64,000 bases of DNA. It comes from the human T2T-CHM13v2.0 reference genome, Homo sapiens. Position 1 is the first letter of the stretch, and every line of letters starts with the position of its first letter. Under the pieces are notes generated by a model. It did no database searches, was not told the origin of the DNA, and worked only from the letters and a program-made list of their open reading frames with translations. The DNA is taken from NCBI RefSeq assembly GCF_009914755.1, contig NC_060927.1; one strand, given 5' to 3'. The position numbers and the translations under genes were made by a program. Of the stretch, positions 40,569 to 54,244 are shown in pieces.

Positions 40569-41442
40569 GGTATTTATTTAACACCTACTAAGTGTCAGGC
40601 ACTCTGTATAATTCATATCCTTTAATACTTATAACAACCCCGTAAGGTGAGTATTTATGTAATTTCCCAGATAAGGAAAGTGAGGTATAGAGAGCCTAAG
40701 GGATTGTCCAAGGGTCCACAAATAGTAAGAGGAAGAACTGAAATTTGAACTCTGAGCATTGATTCCAAAGCCTTCTGAATTCTACTATACGGTGCCCCCT
40801 TCCACATCCTAGACACAGTGCTGGACTCTGGTGGATACATGAGTGAAGACATGGTCCCTGTACTGAATTAACACTTACTCTTTCCCCAGTAGGAACTCAC
40901 AATGAAGAGCTTACCAGTCTATAAATCAGGAAAGTACAGATAGGAGCAGTTCTCTGGCTTAAATTCAAAATATGTATTTCTTTCCTGAATTCAGAGCACC
41001 CTCGTGTATATAAATAACCAATATTCAAGTAGCTTGTTTTACATTTGAAAGTTTAACATATGTTTCTTGATTGGAATGATTCTTGCATAGCTGTGCAGAT
41101 GTCATGTAACTTTTTTTCTTTGGGATCTTTTAATTAGGTCCAGGATTAGGGTAAAATGAGTGAGTTATTCTCCTTGGACACAAAATTTAATTTTGAGAAG
41201 GAAAATAGTCACAACACTCCTCTCTGTGTAAAAGGAATAAAGATGGTAAAACTAGGTCTTTGGCAATGTTGTATTCATTACTTCATAGTAATTAATAGAT
41301 GTTATTAATCTAATTAATACACATTTTGAATTTAATTAATATAACAGCCAAGACTTACTGAGCACCTGCTATATGTCGGGCACCATAATACCCTCAGGGT
41401 ATTTAAGGAACAGACTCTCCCTTAGCTGATGTAGGTCACTCA

Positions 41443-41814
<372 letters not shown>

Positions 41815-44761
41815 TTACTGTGGAGGACAATGATTCTCACAGTGTGATACCAGCCCTGTGGACAGATTCCATCCTCCACTGATTTGCTGAAACACTAAGG
41901 CATTTTATCAGCAAATCTGAAGAGCCTGTATCTCTGAGTAAGGGGATTTGGCAGCTGTGGCTAACTGTAGGCGAGTGTCATCAAGGACTTCTAGTGAAAT
42001 TTAACTTATGAAAGAAGTGCAAAAACACCATTTAAGATAAAACTATTTCCAGCCCATTGGAGCAAATTGATGTACTGAATGATCACATAGCAGAGACATC
42101 CACTCATATGCCCTTTATGCTTGATGAGACAGTGTGAGGATGCCAGCAAGTACCCTCAGAAAGTCAGAGGCACTTAGCCTGCTGGGGAAGTAGTAAAATT
42201 CCACTGGAGCCTCCTGCATCTTGTTGCTAGGTCCATGAACCTAATCAATCATATTTTAGAATTCTCCAAGGAGATCAGTTAGAATGCAACAGCCAGGGGA
42301 CCCTCTGCTGAATTAACACCCTATTAGAGATACCAGTGGAAATGAATAAAAATCAGTTTAGTAGCTAGTGTTACACAAACAGAAACACAACATTACATGT
42401 GTTGCCAGGAACAAAACTGAACCTATGGTTGCAAAATGAAAACAAAACCAGTAAAAAAAAGTAAAAAAGCAAAAACAAAAAAACAACTGCTCCAGCGCTA
42501 TATGGCTCCTCAATTAGGATAGGAAAGGTTGGAAAGCCAAAGCAATCTTTAGTAGAAAGGATCTGATATGGTTTGGATGTTTGTCCCCACCAAATCTCAT
42601 GTTGAAATGTAATCCCCTGTGTTAAAGTTGGAGGTGGGACCTGGTAGGAGGCATTTGGATCATGGGGGCATATTCTTCATGATTGGCTTAGTGCCATCCC
42701 CTTTGTGATGAGTGACTGAATTCTCACAAGATCTAGTTGTTTGGAAGTGTATAGCACCTCCCCCACTACTCTTCCTCTGGCTCCCTCTGGCCATGTAATG
42801 CACTAGCTCTCCTTTGCCTTCTGCCATGACTGTAATCTTCCTGAGGCCCTCAAAAGAAGCAGATGCTGGCACCACGCTTTCTGTACTGCCTGGAGATCCA
42901 AGAGTCAATTAAACTTCTTTTCCTTATAAATTACCCAGTCTCAGGTATTTCTTCACAGCAATGCAAAAACGGCCTAACATAGAAATTGGTACCAAGGAGT
43001 GGGGTGTTGCTATAAAGATACCTGGTAATGTGAAAACAACTTTGGAACTGAGTAACGTGCAGAGATTGGAAGAGTTTGGAGGTCTGAGAAGAAGACAGGA
43101 AAATGAGGAAAAGTTTGGAACTTCTTAGAGACTGGTTAAGTGGTTGTGACCAAAATGCTGATAGTTATATGGACAGTGAAGTCTAGGATGATGAGGTCTC
43201 AAAAGGAAATGAGGAACTTAATTGGGAACTGGAGCAAAGGTCACCCTTGTTATGCCTTTGCAAAGAACTTGGCTGTATTGTGTCTATGCCCTAGGGATCT
43301 GTGAAAGTTTGAACTTAAGAGTGACAACCTAGGGCCTCTGATGGAGGAAATTTTTAAGCAGTAAAGTGTTCAAGAAGTGGCGTGGTTGCTTCTAACAACC
43401 TACACTCTGATATGGGAACAAAGAAATGACCCAAAGTTGGAACTTATATTTAAAAGGGAAGCAGAGTGTAAAAGTTTAGAAAATTTGCAGCCTGACTACG
43501 TGGCAGAGAAAGGAAAAGCTTTTTTGGGAGAAGAATCCAAGAGTGCTTCAGAGCAACCCACTTGTTAAAGAGATATCTGTGACTAAAAAAGAGCCACACG
43601 CTAATAGCCAAGACAATGAGAAAAAGTTCTCTAAGGCATTTCTGAGATCTCTGAGGCAGTCCCTCCCATGAGAGGCCCAGAAGCCTAGAAGGAAAGAATG
43701 GTTTTGGGGGGCCAGGCCCTAGGGCCCTGTTGCCCTGAGCAGCCTCAGGACATTGCTCCCTCCATCCCTTCCACTCCAGCTCTAGCCACAGCTCAAAGGG
43801 ACCCAAGTAAAGTTCAGGCTGCTGTTCTAGAGGGTGCAATCCTTAAGTCTTGGTGGCTCCCACATGATGTTAAGCCTGCATGTGCACAGAGTTCAAGAGT
43901 GAAGGAGGCTGCCAATCTTCCTTGGCAGAGTCCCGACAGGGGCACTTCCTAGTGGAGCTGTGGGAAGGGGCCACTGTCCTCCAGACCCCAGGATGATAGA
44001 TTCATTGGCAGCTTACACCCTGCATCTGGAAAAGCGACAGGCACTCAACATCGGCCCATGAGAGCAGCCACAGGGGCTGTACCTTGTAAAGCCATGGGGA
44101 TGAAGTTGTCCAAGGTCTTGGAAGCCCAGCCCTCATATCAGTGTGCCCTGGATGTGGGACATGGAGTCAAAGGAGATTATTTTGGAGCTTTAAGATTTTA
44201 ATGACTGCACTACTGGGTTTTGAACTTGCTTGAGGCCTGTAGCCCTTTATTTTGGATGATTTCTCCCTTTGGGAAAGGAAGTGTTTACTCCGTGCCTGTA
44301 CTACCATTGTATCTTGGAATTAATTAACTTGTTTTGATTTTACAGGCTCATAGATGTCAGGAACTTATTTACAGATGAGACTTTGGATTTGGGACTTGGG
44401 ACTTTTGAGTTAAGACTTTGGGGGACTATTGGTAGAGGATGATTGTATTTTGCAGTGTGAGAAGAACATGAGATTTGTGGGGCCAGAGGTAGAATGATAT
44501 AGTTTGAATCTGTGTCCCTACCAAATCTCATGTTGAAATGTAATCCCCAATATTGGAGTTGGAGGTGGGGCCTGGTGGGAGGTGTTTGGATCATGAGAGC
44601 ATATCTTTCATGAATAGCTCAGTGCTATCCCTTTGGTGATGAGTGAGTTCATTCTTGCAAGATCTGGTTGTTTGAAAGTGTGTGGTACCTGGATCCCCAC
44701 TCTCTCTCTCTTCCTTCCTCTCACCATGTGATGTGCTGGTTCCCCTTTGCCTTTCACCATG

Positions 44762-45137
44762 TGATATGGTTTGGCTGTGTCTCCATCCAAATCTCATCTT
44801 GAATTGTAATCCCCATAATCTCCATGTGTTGAGGGGGGCCGTGGTGGGAGGCCTTTGGATCATGGGGAAGGTTTTCCCCATGCTGTTCTTGTGATAGTGA
44901 GTGAGTTCTCATGAGATCTGATGGTTTTATAAGTGTTTGACAGTTCCTCCTTCACACTCGCCCTTTCCTGCTGCCTTGTGAAGACGTGCCTTGCTTCTCC
45001 TTTGCTTTCCACCATCACTGTAAGTTCCCTGAGGCCTCCCCAGCCATTCAGAACCATGAGTCAATTAAACTTCTTTCCTTTATAAATTACCCAATGTTGG
45101 GCAGTTCTTTATGGCAGTGTGAAAATGAACTGATACA
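44762..45137 (+). mobile_element. THE1D-like solo LTR nested in the MSTB 3' LTR
   Basis: TGATATGGTTTGGCTGTGTC...GAACTGATACA. Perfect 5-bp TSD CCATG at 44757-44761 and 45138-45142. Confidence 0.88.
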
Positions 45138-45265
45138 CCATGATTGTACATTCCTTGAGGTCCTCACCAGAAGCAGATGCTGGCACCATGCTTGCTGTAC
45201 TGCCTACAAACCCATGAGCTAATTAAACCTCTTTTCCTCACAAATTACCCAGTCTCAGTTTCTTT

Positions 45266-45555
<290 letters not shown>

Positions 45556-46959
45556 GAGTTTCTTTACAGCAACACAAAAATGACATAATATAACCTCTAA
45601 TTTAATTTTGAAATATTTCTTTTTTGGGGGGTGGCGGACATAAGGTAGGATTTCTGTTTTATCCCATCACCACTGTTTTTATTTGGATTTTAGCTGTGCT
45701 TTCAAGCACCTGAGCTTTTGACAGAAATTTCCAGAACATACACTCAGTCATTTCTCTCAATTGCCATTATCAAATTATATCAAGGCCATTGGGGCCTCTA
45801 ACTGGGAATGATTTAGGGTAATGAGCAAATAGTTGAGTGTTATTATTTCAGATTCCAGAATGTGCATAGTCTATGAAAAAGTTGATATGACACAGCGCTA
45901 AACAGCACAGAAGCTGGGAGCACTGAACAGCATTACTGAGATGAATTTGGTGGAGAAGCTAACTCTGCAGAGCTGCAAAACTCAGCCGTTGGATGCTAAG
46001 ATGTGAGATGGTCTCCAGGCCAACTTAAACCATGGAATACACGTTTTAAATTATCTAATTGTTCTGTTCCTTTTGTTTTCTCCTCCACTGATTTTTACTC
46101 CTCATTTTTATTCCATACCTCTCTGTACCAAGTTCATTTTCATTCATTTATTTCTATCATAATTTTTCTCATTTTCTATCCTTTCATCATTTTCCCAATC
46201 CTATCTTGTTATTCTGATTTGTAGTTGTTTTTCAAAAGCATCCCTTTGTAATCTGGTGACCTTTGTACTATTTCCAAAGTCAGTACTTTTTAGTACAGCA
46301 GGTTCATTTCTTCATCAAACATAAATCAGATTCAGCTCCTGCTGTGAGCCAGATGCTACACCAGCTCAATGAGATGACAGCTTTCTGTGACAGTGCTGTT
46401 TACCACCTGGGGACAATCTGTGCCTACTAGGGTTTGTCTGGTTAGATATGTGAGGTAGAATGGCTTCTGGACTAGTTTACCTCAGTGTCCCTTAGCCCAG
46501 TCACATGTTCATACTGAATTGAGTGCTTCTCATAGTAGGCAATCAAAAAACGAAAAGAGATATTTTCTACGGGTCCATTGAACCACAAAGAAAAGACGCT
46601 TTTCACCCATTAACTCTCCCATTACTGGTCTAGTTGAATAGCAGGACAATCTTGTCTGAACATTCACTTCTTGTAATATGGCTGACCATGTATCATGTAC
46701 TAATGAATCATAATTTCTTCTTGACCATAAATAAATCACACTGAACCATCCTCCCCCTCTCTACCATAGAGGGAGAGTCAGAAGAGTAGAGTAGGATTTC
46801 AGGATAACATCTGGATGAAATGGTAAGAATGCCACCTAAACCTATCGAAGAATATGACCTGGCTCTAGAATTTTTGCAGTGCTGTCTATTAGAGGCAAGT
46901 TTACTCTGTTGAGAGAGACAGTTCTCCAAGTCTCTCAATATCCTACAGGCCTTATTGGG

Positions 46960-47360
46960 TGGTATGCATTGAATTATGTCTCCCAAAAAACATACGTTGA
47001 AGTCTAACTCCCACAACCTTAGAATGTAATATTATTTGGAAATGGGGTTATTGCAGATATAATTAGTTAAGATGAGGTTATGGTAGAGTAGAATGGACCC
47101 TTAATCCAACAGGGCTGGTGTCCTTATAAAAGAAGAAACACAGAGGCACACAGGGGAGAATGCCATGTGATGATAAACGCAGAGACTGAAGGGCTGCAGC
47201 TGCAGCTGCTAGGAAAACACAAGGAAAAATTCTACCCTACAGGTTTCAGAGGGCACATGACCCTGCCAACACCTTGAATTTTTAGCCTCCAAAACCACGA
47301 GACAATAAATTTCTGTGGTTTTAGCCTTCCAATTTGCGGCAGCCCTGGGAAACGAATACA
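46960..47360 (+). mobile_element. MLT1B/C-like MaLR solo LTR
   Basis: TTATTTGGAAATGGGGT..TTGCAGATATAATTAGTTAAGATGAGG...GCAGCCCTGGGAAACGAATACA. Confidence 0.8.
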
Positions 47361-47361
47361 C

Positions 47362-47725
47362 TGTGTATGCCAAGAATACAAGGCCCTGACTGCTCTCCAT
47401 CTTGGCCATTTCTCAGGGTGTGTTTGTGGGCCCTGTGGGAGGAGATAATATCTCCATCTTGGACAATGAGCAGGTTTGCTTATTGTTTGCTGTAAAAATG
47501 GTAGATTTTCCAAACTCTGCATTCCTCAGCTGCAATGGAAACCCACTACAGATACAGCATCCATCTGGACCATGTTGTATCACCCCTGTGGGACACCCAC
47601 TGACACTCATGCTGTTTGCTGAGCCATGAATCTTGTGTCTTTTGCTACCATCCATAAAACAGTTAACAGGCTAACTTATTAGCTTGTAAATAAGGTGCAA
47701 ACAAATCCCAGACCTAACTAATTCC
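47362..47725 (+). mobile_element. ERVL LTR fragment (LTR40-like)
   Basis: CAAGGCCCTGAC...GGCCATTTCTCAGGG...CAGCATCCATCTGG...CAGGCTAACTT.TTAGCTTG. Family name is from memory. Confidence 0.55.
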
Positions 47726-48613
47726 TGAAGAGGCTATCACCAATTGCCCCTCCCCAAGGTTATTACATTGAAGGATACAATACAGGGACCTTGTCTTCAA
47801 GGAGCCTAGAGTTTAGTTGGAGATAGGATATCCATATGACAAATTAAATAGCCAACAAGACAGATGATAGATGCTACAAAGTAGTGCTTGATTAATTATT
47901 ACATTATTTAGAGTTTCAAGTACTAGTATGTACCATAAAGGTTTTGAGTTAGGAAGAAGAGAGTGTCATAGGGTGGGGTGAAAAAGCATGGAGGAGAGCT
48001 ATAAGTAGGGTATGGAAAGTGGTTAGGATTTGAATAGCAATATGCTCTGGGGGCACGAAATTCAGGGGAGAGGGCTGTTAATATCAGCTTCCTCTAAGGT
48101 TCTAGGGCATTTGTTCACATCTCTGTTATAATATTTATTACATAATATTATAATCAGTCATTTGCATTTCTGCCCCCTCCAATGAGAGCTTTTTAAGGGC
48201 AGTAATAGGTTTTATTCAGTTTTTAAAAATATTTGATATGTCATATAGTAGGCATGAAATAAATATTGAGTTAACAGATAGATGGATGAATAAATGGAGG
48301 AATAAAAATGGAAAATGCATGATTTGACAGAACAGGGTCAGTATATGTGACAGGAGTACACAGTTAGAAAGGCAGCCTGGAGCCACACTGAGGAAACCTC
48401 GAATGCCAGGCTAGAGGGACTGAACAAAAGGGCTGCCATTTGTTAAAGATGGAAGTGACGTTAGAGTCATTTTAGGAAGATTTACTAACAGTGATGTACT
48501 CATGGGTCAGAGTGTGGCAGATGAGCCTACAGAAGGAAAAGCAGTTAAGAGGATATTGCAATGGCCCAGATTTCAGATGCCATACTACAATTTCACTTTT
48601 AAAAAAGATCCAT

Positions 48614-49008
<395 letters not shown>

Positions 49009-49991
49009 CTATTACAGGACACCGAGAATGATAATGTTAAGTGGCTGGCTGACTTCCCAGCATCCTGTGCAACCTTGAGATTCCTCAGGATTTACTCCCC
49101 CTCTGCAGATAACTCAGTGGACAGTGGTGATCAGATGGCAACTTTGCACGTAGCCACTTATCATAATAGGGAGAAGTGGGTCCTAAGTAGCAGAAAGACA
49201 CTTATCAGTTTCTGAAGAGCTGACCTCTCCTCTGGTTAGGCAAAGATGAAAGTGTCACCTCCCGCTGCTAAGTGCCTTCTATGCCAGCAGTGCAGAACCT
49301 TGTTCACATTAGATAGATGATTTGGACTTACATCCTGTCTTCACAATGTGCTAGTCTCAGCACAGGGATGGAAGGTTGAAACATCTAAAGTGTTTTCGTG
49401 TGTTGAATTCATGTATTGATTATGTGTTTGCTCCCAATAATCACTGCTAAATGCAATGGAGAAATATCTCTCCTTTGATCTAGATCACTGTACACTATCT
49501 GCTTAGAAAGCCAGCTTTCAGACACCTACCCTGCTTCTCTTAGCACAGGGGCCTTTGCTCCAGGGAAGAAATAGAAATCTCTCCACCGTCTTCTAAACTG
49601 CTTATGATGGAAAACATCAGCATGTACCCGGCCATTGCGATTGTCTTTGGTCATATGCTCTGGGATTGAAAGGACTCTGTACCAGAACTTCCATACCAGT
49701 AAAAAACAACAAGGAGATCAATGCATACTTGCTCACCAAGCTTGTTGCAAGCTTGCTTATCTTACATCCCAGCTTTCTTTGCCATCATCACTCAAAACCA
49801 GTGACTTATCTAGTGTATTTGACTCTCAGAGATGATCATTTTCCCCTCAACATTTTATTAAGAAAAATTTCAAACAAGCAGTTGAAATAATTTTATAGTG
49901 TAAATGCATATACCCACACCTAGATTCTACCATTAACATTTTGCTGTAGTTGCTTTATCATATAACTGCTCACTTACAGTAGATCATTTCT

Positions 49992-52988
49992 TTCTATATT
50001 TTGTGTTGTATCACTTGGTCAAGATTTATTTCAAGGCCTGAAGACATTCAGACTAATCAAAATGGTACTACAGTAATTTATTATAATACATAAATAATAT
50101 AAAATTTTGAAAAATGCTGACACAATTCTTAAACAAGGATACCCTTTGATTTTCAAAAGTGAGGGCTATTTAACAAAATGCAAGATGACAATAAAACATC
50201 AAATAACTTTCACACACCTAAGGAGAACATAATTAGCAGCAATCTATTCAGACAAAACAAACACAAATATTTTTACAATTTCCATGTTTGTTTTTAACTT
50301 TGCTTCAAAAATCCATGATAAATGAGGCTTCTTTCAAGTATAGGATTTCTAACATTTACAATTATGTTTTCTAAATATTTCTATAAAGAAGCCACAAACT
50401 ATATTGTTTGCCATAAATACGTACAGCAAAAAGTAAAACACAATCCAACTGAGTTTATATATGATTTTCTCTTCTCCAACAACTTTATATGCTTTTCTAA
50501 ATAATTTAAAATATTTTAATTAAAATCAGTTCTAATTCACCTATGCAGATTAGGGGAAACTGATGCATAATGAGTTATCTTTAAAAATAGCTTTTGCATA
50601 GTTCTACTCCAACCCCGACCCCCATTTACCACCAGATCTGTTGCTAGAGTGAACAATGATGCAAGATGCTGTTTGAGGAGCCCAACACAACCTGTAATCT
50701 TAATTTCCTAAGTATCCAAAGATTTCAACTTTCTTCTGGTATAAAGAAAAAGACTCAAATGGCCAAAAATCATACAGTTAGTAGGAGGAAAAATCCATAT
50801 TATGAAAATTATTTAAGTAAAATTTTGGGCATTTCCCTGAAGCTACAAGCACTCTTTAGACAAGCATCAAATTACATTGTGCATATGCAACTACAGCAAT
50901 TTAGATTTGCTCCAGAACATATACTTGCATTAAAAATAAATAACTTCCTAATTATTTTATAGTTTAACTGGCTCAATAGTTTTGTGCCCTTTAAAAAACT
51001 GGTACATATAAATGAACGGCTAAATGTTCATTTAAATCTTAAGGAAAACTAAAGATGAAGTTTGCTGTTTTGTTTTTTCTATAAAATGCAATACATACAT
51101 ATGCTTAATTACTGTTCTATAGTGAAAGAATGGAATGGTATGGACAGATGCAATCTCTTTTAAGTATACAGTTGTAGGATATTCTAAATGGAATAAACTG
51201 ACATTGACAATCATTTAAAGGAAGAAAGAACCAAAGTAAAAAAAAATTGTGGCAGGACAGAGATATCTACTGTTAAAAAGATAAAAGATAAAAAGGGTTA
51301 TCCAACACAAAATGTTAAAAGATAGAAAGGGTTATCCAACACAAAAATGAGACCTACAGATTCAAAAAACACTTATTCTGCTGTCTTAAAATATAAACAC
51401 AAAAACCATGATAGGCAGAGGGTGTCTAGTCCACAAATTGAGGCAGTGCCATACAAAAATGAAGATGATACAATGCTGTGACCTCATAAAGGAAATGACT
51501 AAAATAATATTTCCCAAATGTCCTCATGTTTATGATAATATATTAATGTACAAAATATCAAAAAAGTACAAAATCTAGATTTTTTCCTTTTAGGATTATA
51601 ATAAACTATCAACCTTCTGTTTAGTGCATTTACTTTTATAAGGCCCCTCTGTTTAGCAGTAAATCTATATGAGTATATATATGCTGGTATTTTACCATGA
51701 GAATTATACTTCTCACATCAAACTAGTGATTTGCCTTTTTACCCATACTTACATACATTTTATTTCCATAAGACCAATACCTTTCTAGTGATGCATTTGA
51801 ATCAACATATTACATAAAAATAATATTGATTTTTAAATGAATCTCTTTTGTACTACGTCCTGATGGGTTTAACAGTTGAAACATAAAATGGTAACTGCAG
51901 TGCACTGTTTAAACTAATTAATAGCTGTAGGGAAATGTTTGGTTTTTAAAATACAACCAAGATGAGACTGCAGAGTTATGAGCAGTTATGTTTTCACTAG
52001 AAAAGAGTGAATGAATAAATAAGATGATTTTTTTCATCAGTGGCCATTCATCATTTTGCTTTTAGGAACCTGGAAGAAATTGTCTTCTTTGAGTTTCAAA
52101 TGTTCTGGTAAATCACATCATTTCTTAGCTTCCTCAATATCACCGTGAATTGCTGAAACAAGTGACTCTAAAGAATCCGAGAAGTTTTTTTCTGATTAGT
52201 AATTTCCTTTATGAGGTAGTCAACGATAGTCACATTGAGGATTTTCCCACAGAAGTCCTAGTTCACTGCAGCCTCAAACTCCTGTGCCCATGAGATCCTA
52301 CTACCTCAGCCTCCCAAAGAGTAGCTAGGACTAATGGCGAACCACCACACCTGGCTTTTTTTTTTTTTTTGTACGAACAGGATCTTGCTAGGTTGCCCAT
52401 GCTGGTCTCAAACTCCTGGCTTCAAGTGATCCTCCTCCCTTGGCCTTTCAAAGTGCTGGGATGACAGGTATGAGCCACTGTGCCCAGCCAGAAGTCCTCT
52501 TTAAAGGCATGCATGGTAGGAGTTTTTGTGGATTTTTTGGGTATTTTTGCAGTATGGATTCCACCCTATGTTCACCACCATCTTATGGACATTTCCACTT
52601 CCAAACTGGCCCAACCATGATAAATGATGTGGATACACCAGTTGGAAGGTTATCTACCACTTATTCTGGATAGTTAGCTGTGGGGAGGCCCAGCTACTTG
52701 GAGCAGTGGCCCAGGCTCTGCACCACTTGGCTCCAGCAGAAGTATGGCCTGTGCCTCTGATACCATGCACTCAGGGCATGGGCGGTGGTGCAGCCTCCAT
52801 GCATCTGGAAGAGCCACAGTCGAGGTAGTACCTGGACCCCGTGGACTAATCTGGGAATGTGGGTATGAGCTCTGCTGGCCGATGGAATCACCAGTTACCA
52901 GGCGGTGCCAACGACACCCTGTGGTAGGTCCTTCACACTGTTGACCCTACAGAAGCTGCCCAGCTACTCAGGGGCTGCTTCTCCTTGG
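49992..52988 (-). pseudogene. RFKP2: Processed pseudogene of riboflavin kinase (RFK), probably RFKP2
   Basis: The minus strand from 52759 to 52037 translates as QRHRPYFCWSQVVQSLGHCSK*LGLPTANYPE*VVDNLP...KMVVNIGWNPY...FKEDF[Alu]CGKILNV...DSLESLVSAIHGDIEEAKK*...EDNFFQVPKSKMMNGH*, matching RFK. It is intronless, has lost the ATG, and has stops and frameshifts. A 3' UTR of about 2 kb carries minus-strand AATAAA at 50025-50030 and 50077-50082. TSD AGT(A/G)GATCATTTCT at 49978-49991 and 52989-53002. The P2 number is from memory. Confidence 0.92.
52260..52489 (-). mobile_element. 3'-truncated, tailless Alu (J-like) inserted in the RFK pseudogene CDS
   Basis: Intact 5' end GGCTGGGCAC. Stops at GCAGTGAACT with no A tail. 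9-bp TSD AGAAGTCCT at 52251-52259 and 52490-52498. Confidence 0.88.
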
Positions 52989-53464
52989 AGTGGATCATTT
53001 CTCAACAATCTCTTCTCCTATACAGTAAAATTGTTTTCAGGAGGAATCATGAAATAAAACTAATAATAATATTGATGAGAAAAAAAGTGAAAAATTTTAG
53101 TCAACTTTGTATATATAATTATGCTAGCAAAAATAAAATTAACAAAATACATACTGCATACAGAATATTACATATAAAAATATTACACCTTGCAATTCAT
53201 ACCCTGTAACTGTATTAAATTTTAAATATAAATTAACTCATTGGTCACATAGAAGGACAAATGAAATAACTGAAATTCTGTTTCTTGGTCTTTACAATCA
53301 TTGTGCTATTATTGCTTGTTTTGAACCTTCCCTTTAAATGCAGCAATATGTAATCCCACAGGGATTGCTGGAGGCAAGGACTCTGCCCTAAGTATGTGCA
53401 AATGATTCCAGACCATTAGAAGCTTACTCTTGAAATGAACATGTGTCACAGTCATCTTGTATTC

Positions 53465-53911
53465 TGTGGAGTCCTAATTAGGGAAAAGGAGTCGGGCTGG
53501 TGGAAGCAGGGGAAAGCAAAAAGAAGAAAGCAAATGAGCTGTAAGTCTGCCTTTCTTCATGGTCCAAGACATGTAGCCCTCCTGCACAAGTAACTCAAAT
53601 AACTCACAATCTTCCTGCACCCGACTAATCACCAGACCCTTGACTGATAGAAAAATGCAAGTTAGCTCATTGTGACCTTGGCATTATCAGCACTCCACGT
53701 GGCCCTCTTGAGCACAAGCACCATCCTGTAAAATCCCGAGCCAGCCTTTGTCTCCTCGCAGCCAGCTCCTCTCTTGCTGATCTGCCTGTTGCTCTCTTGC
53801 AATGTATTTTCTTACTTTCTCTAATAAATCTACCTTTCTTTACCTACAACTGTCTTGGGAAATTCCTTTACCACCTGCACCACTGGCCCCAGATAGTTGT
53901 TACCCACAACA
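53465..53911 (+). mobile_element. Solo LTR (LTR47A-like)
   Basis: TGTGGAGTCCTAATTAGGGAAAAGGAGTC...CTAATAAATCT.CCTTTCTTTACCTACAACTGTC...CACAACA. TG...CA ends. Confidence 0.7.
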
Positions 53912-54244
53912 TGTTTGAGACCAACTTTACAGTTGGGAGATTTCCAAATTAATTTCTGCATGACATTCATCACTTACTAAAAAATGAATAATAGGAATTG
54001 CTCATTATACACTTAAATAAGTATTATTCAAACAGTTGTAGTGGCAGTGATTGTTTAGAACTCATGGCAATTTTTTTTTTTTTTTTTTTTTTAGAGAGGA
54101 GTATTTTGTCACTGACATTATTTAGAATTGCTGGCATGATGATAGTGAAAAAGCAGCCTTTGGTTGGTTTTATGATTGCTTTTAAATTTGGTACATTTAA
54201 CACAGCCTCCTGATATTTTGCTGCCACTTTTCACACTTGGTGGT

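Noticed and set aside
41840-41862. CAGCCCTGTGGACAG resembling a REST/RE1 site near a neuronal gene
   Set aside because: It has mismatches in the essential CAGCACC half-site, so support is insufficient.
43377-44594. ORFs up to 129 aa in the MaLR internal region
   Set aside because: These are fragments of a decayed MST internal sequence with many stops. No intact gag- or pol-like ORF is present.
52694-52891. 65-aa minus-strand ORF containing RFK-like residues
   Set aside because: The RFK start codon is lost and a stop follows after about 21 homologous codons, so it is not a functional retrogene.
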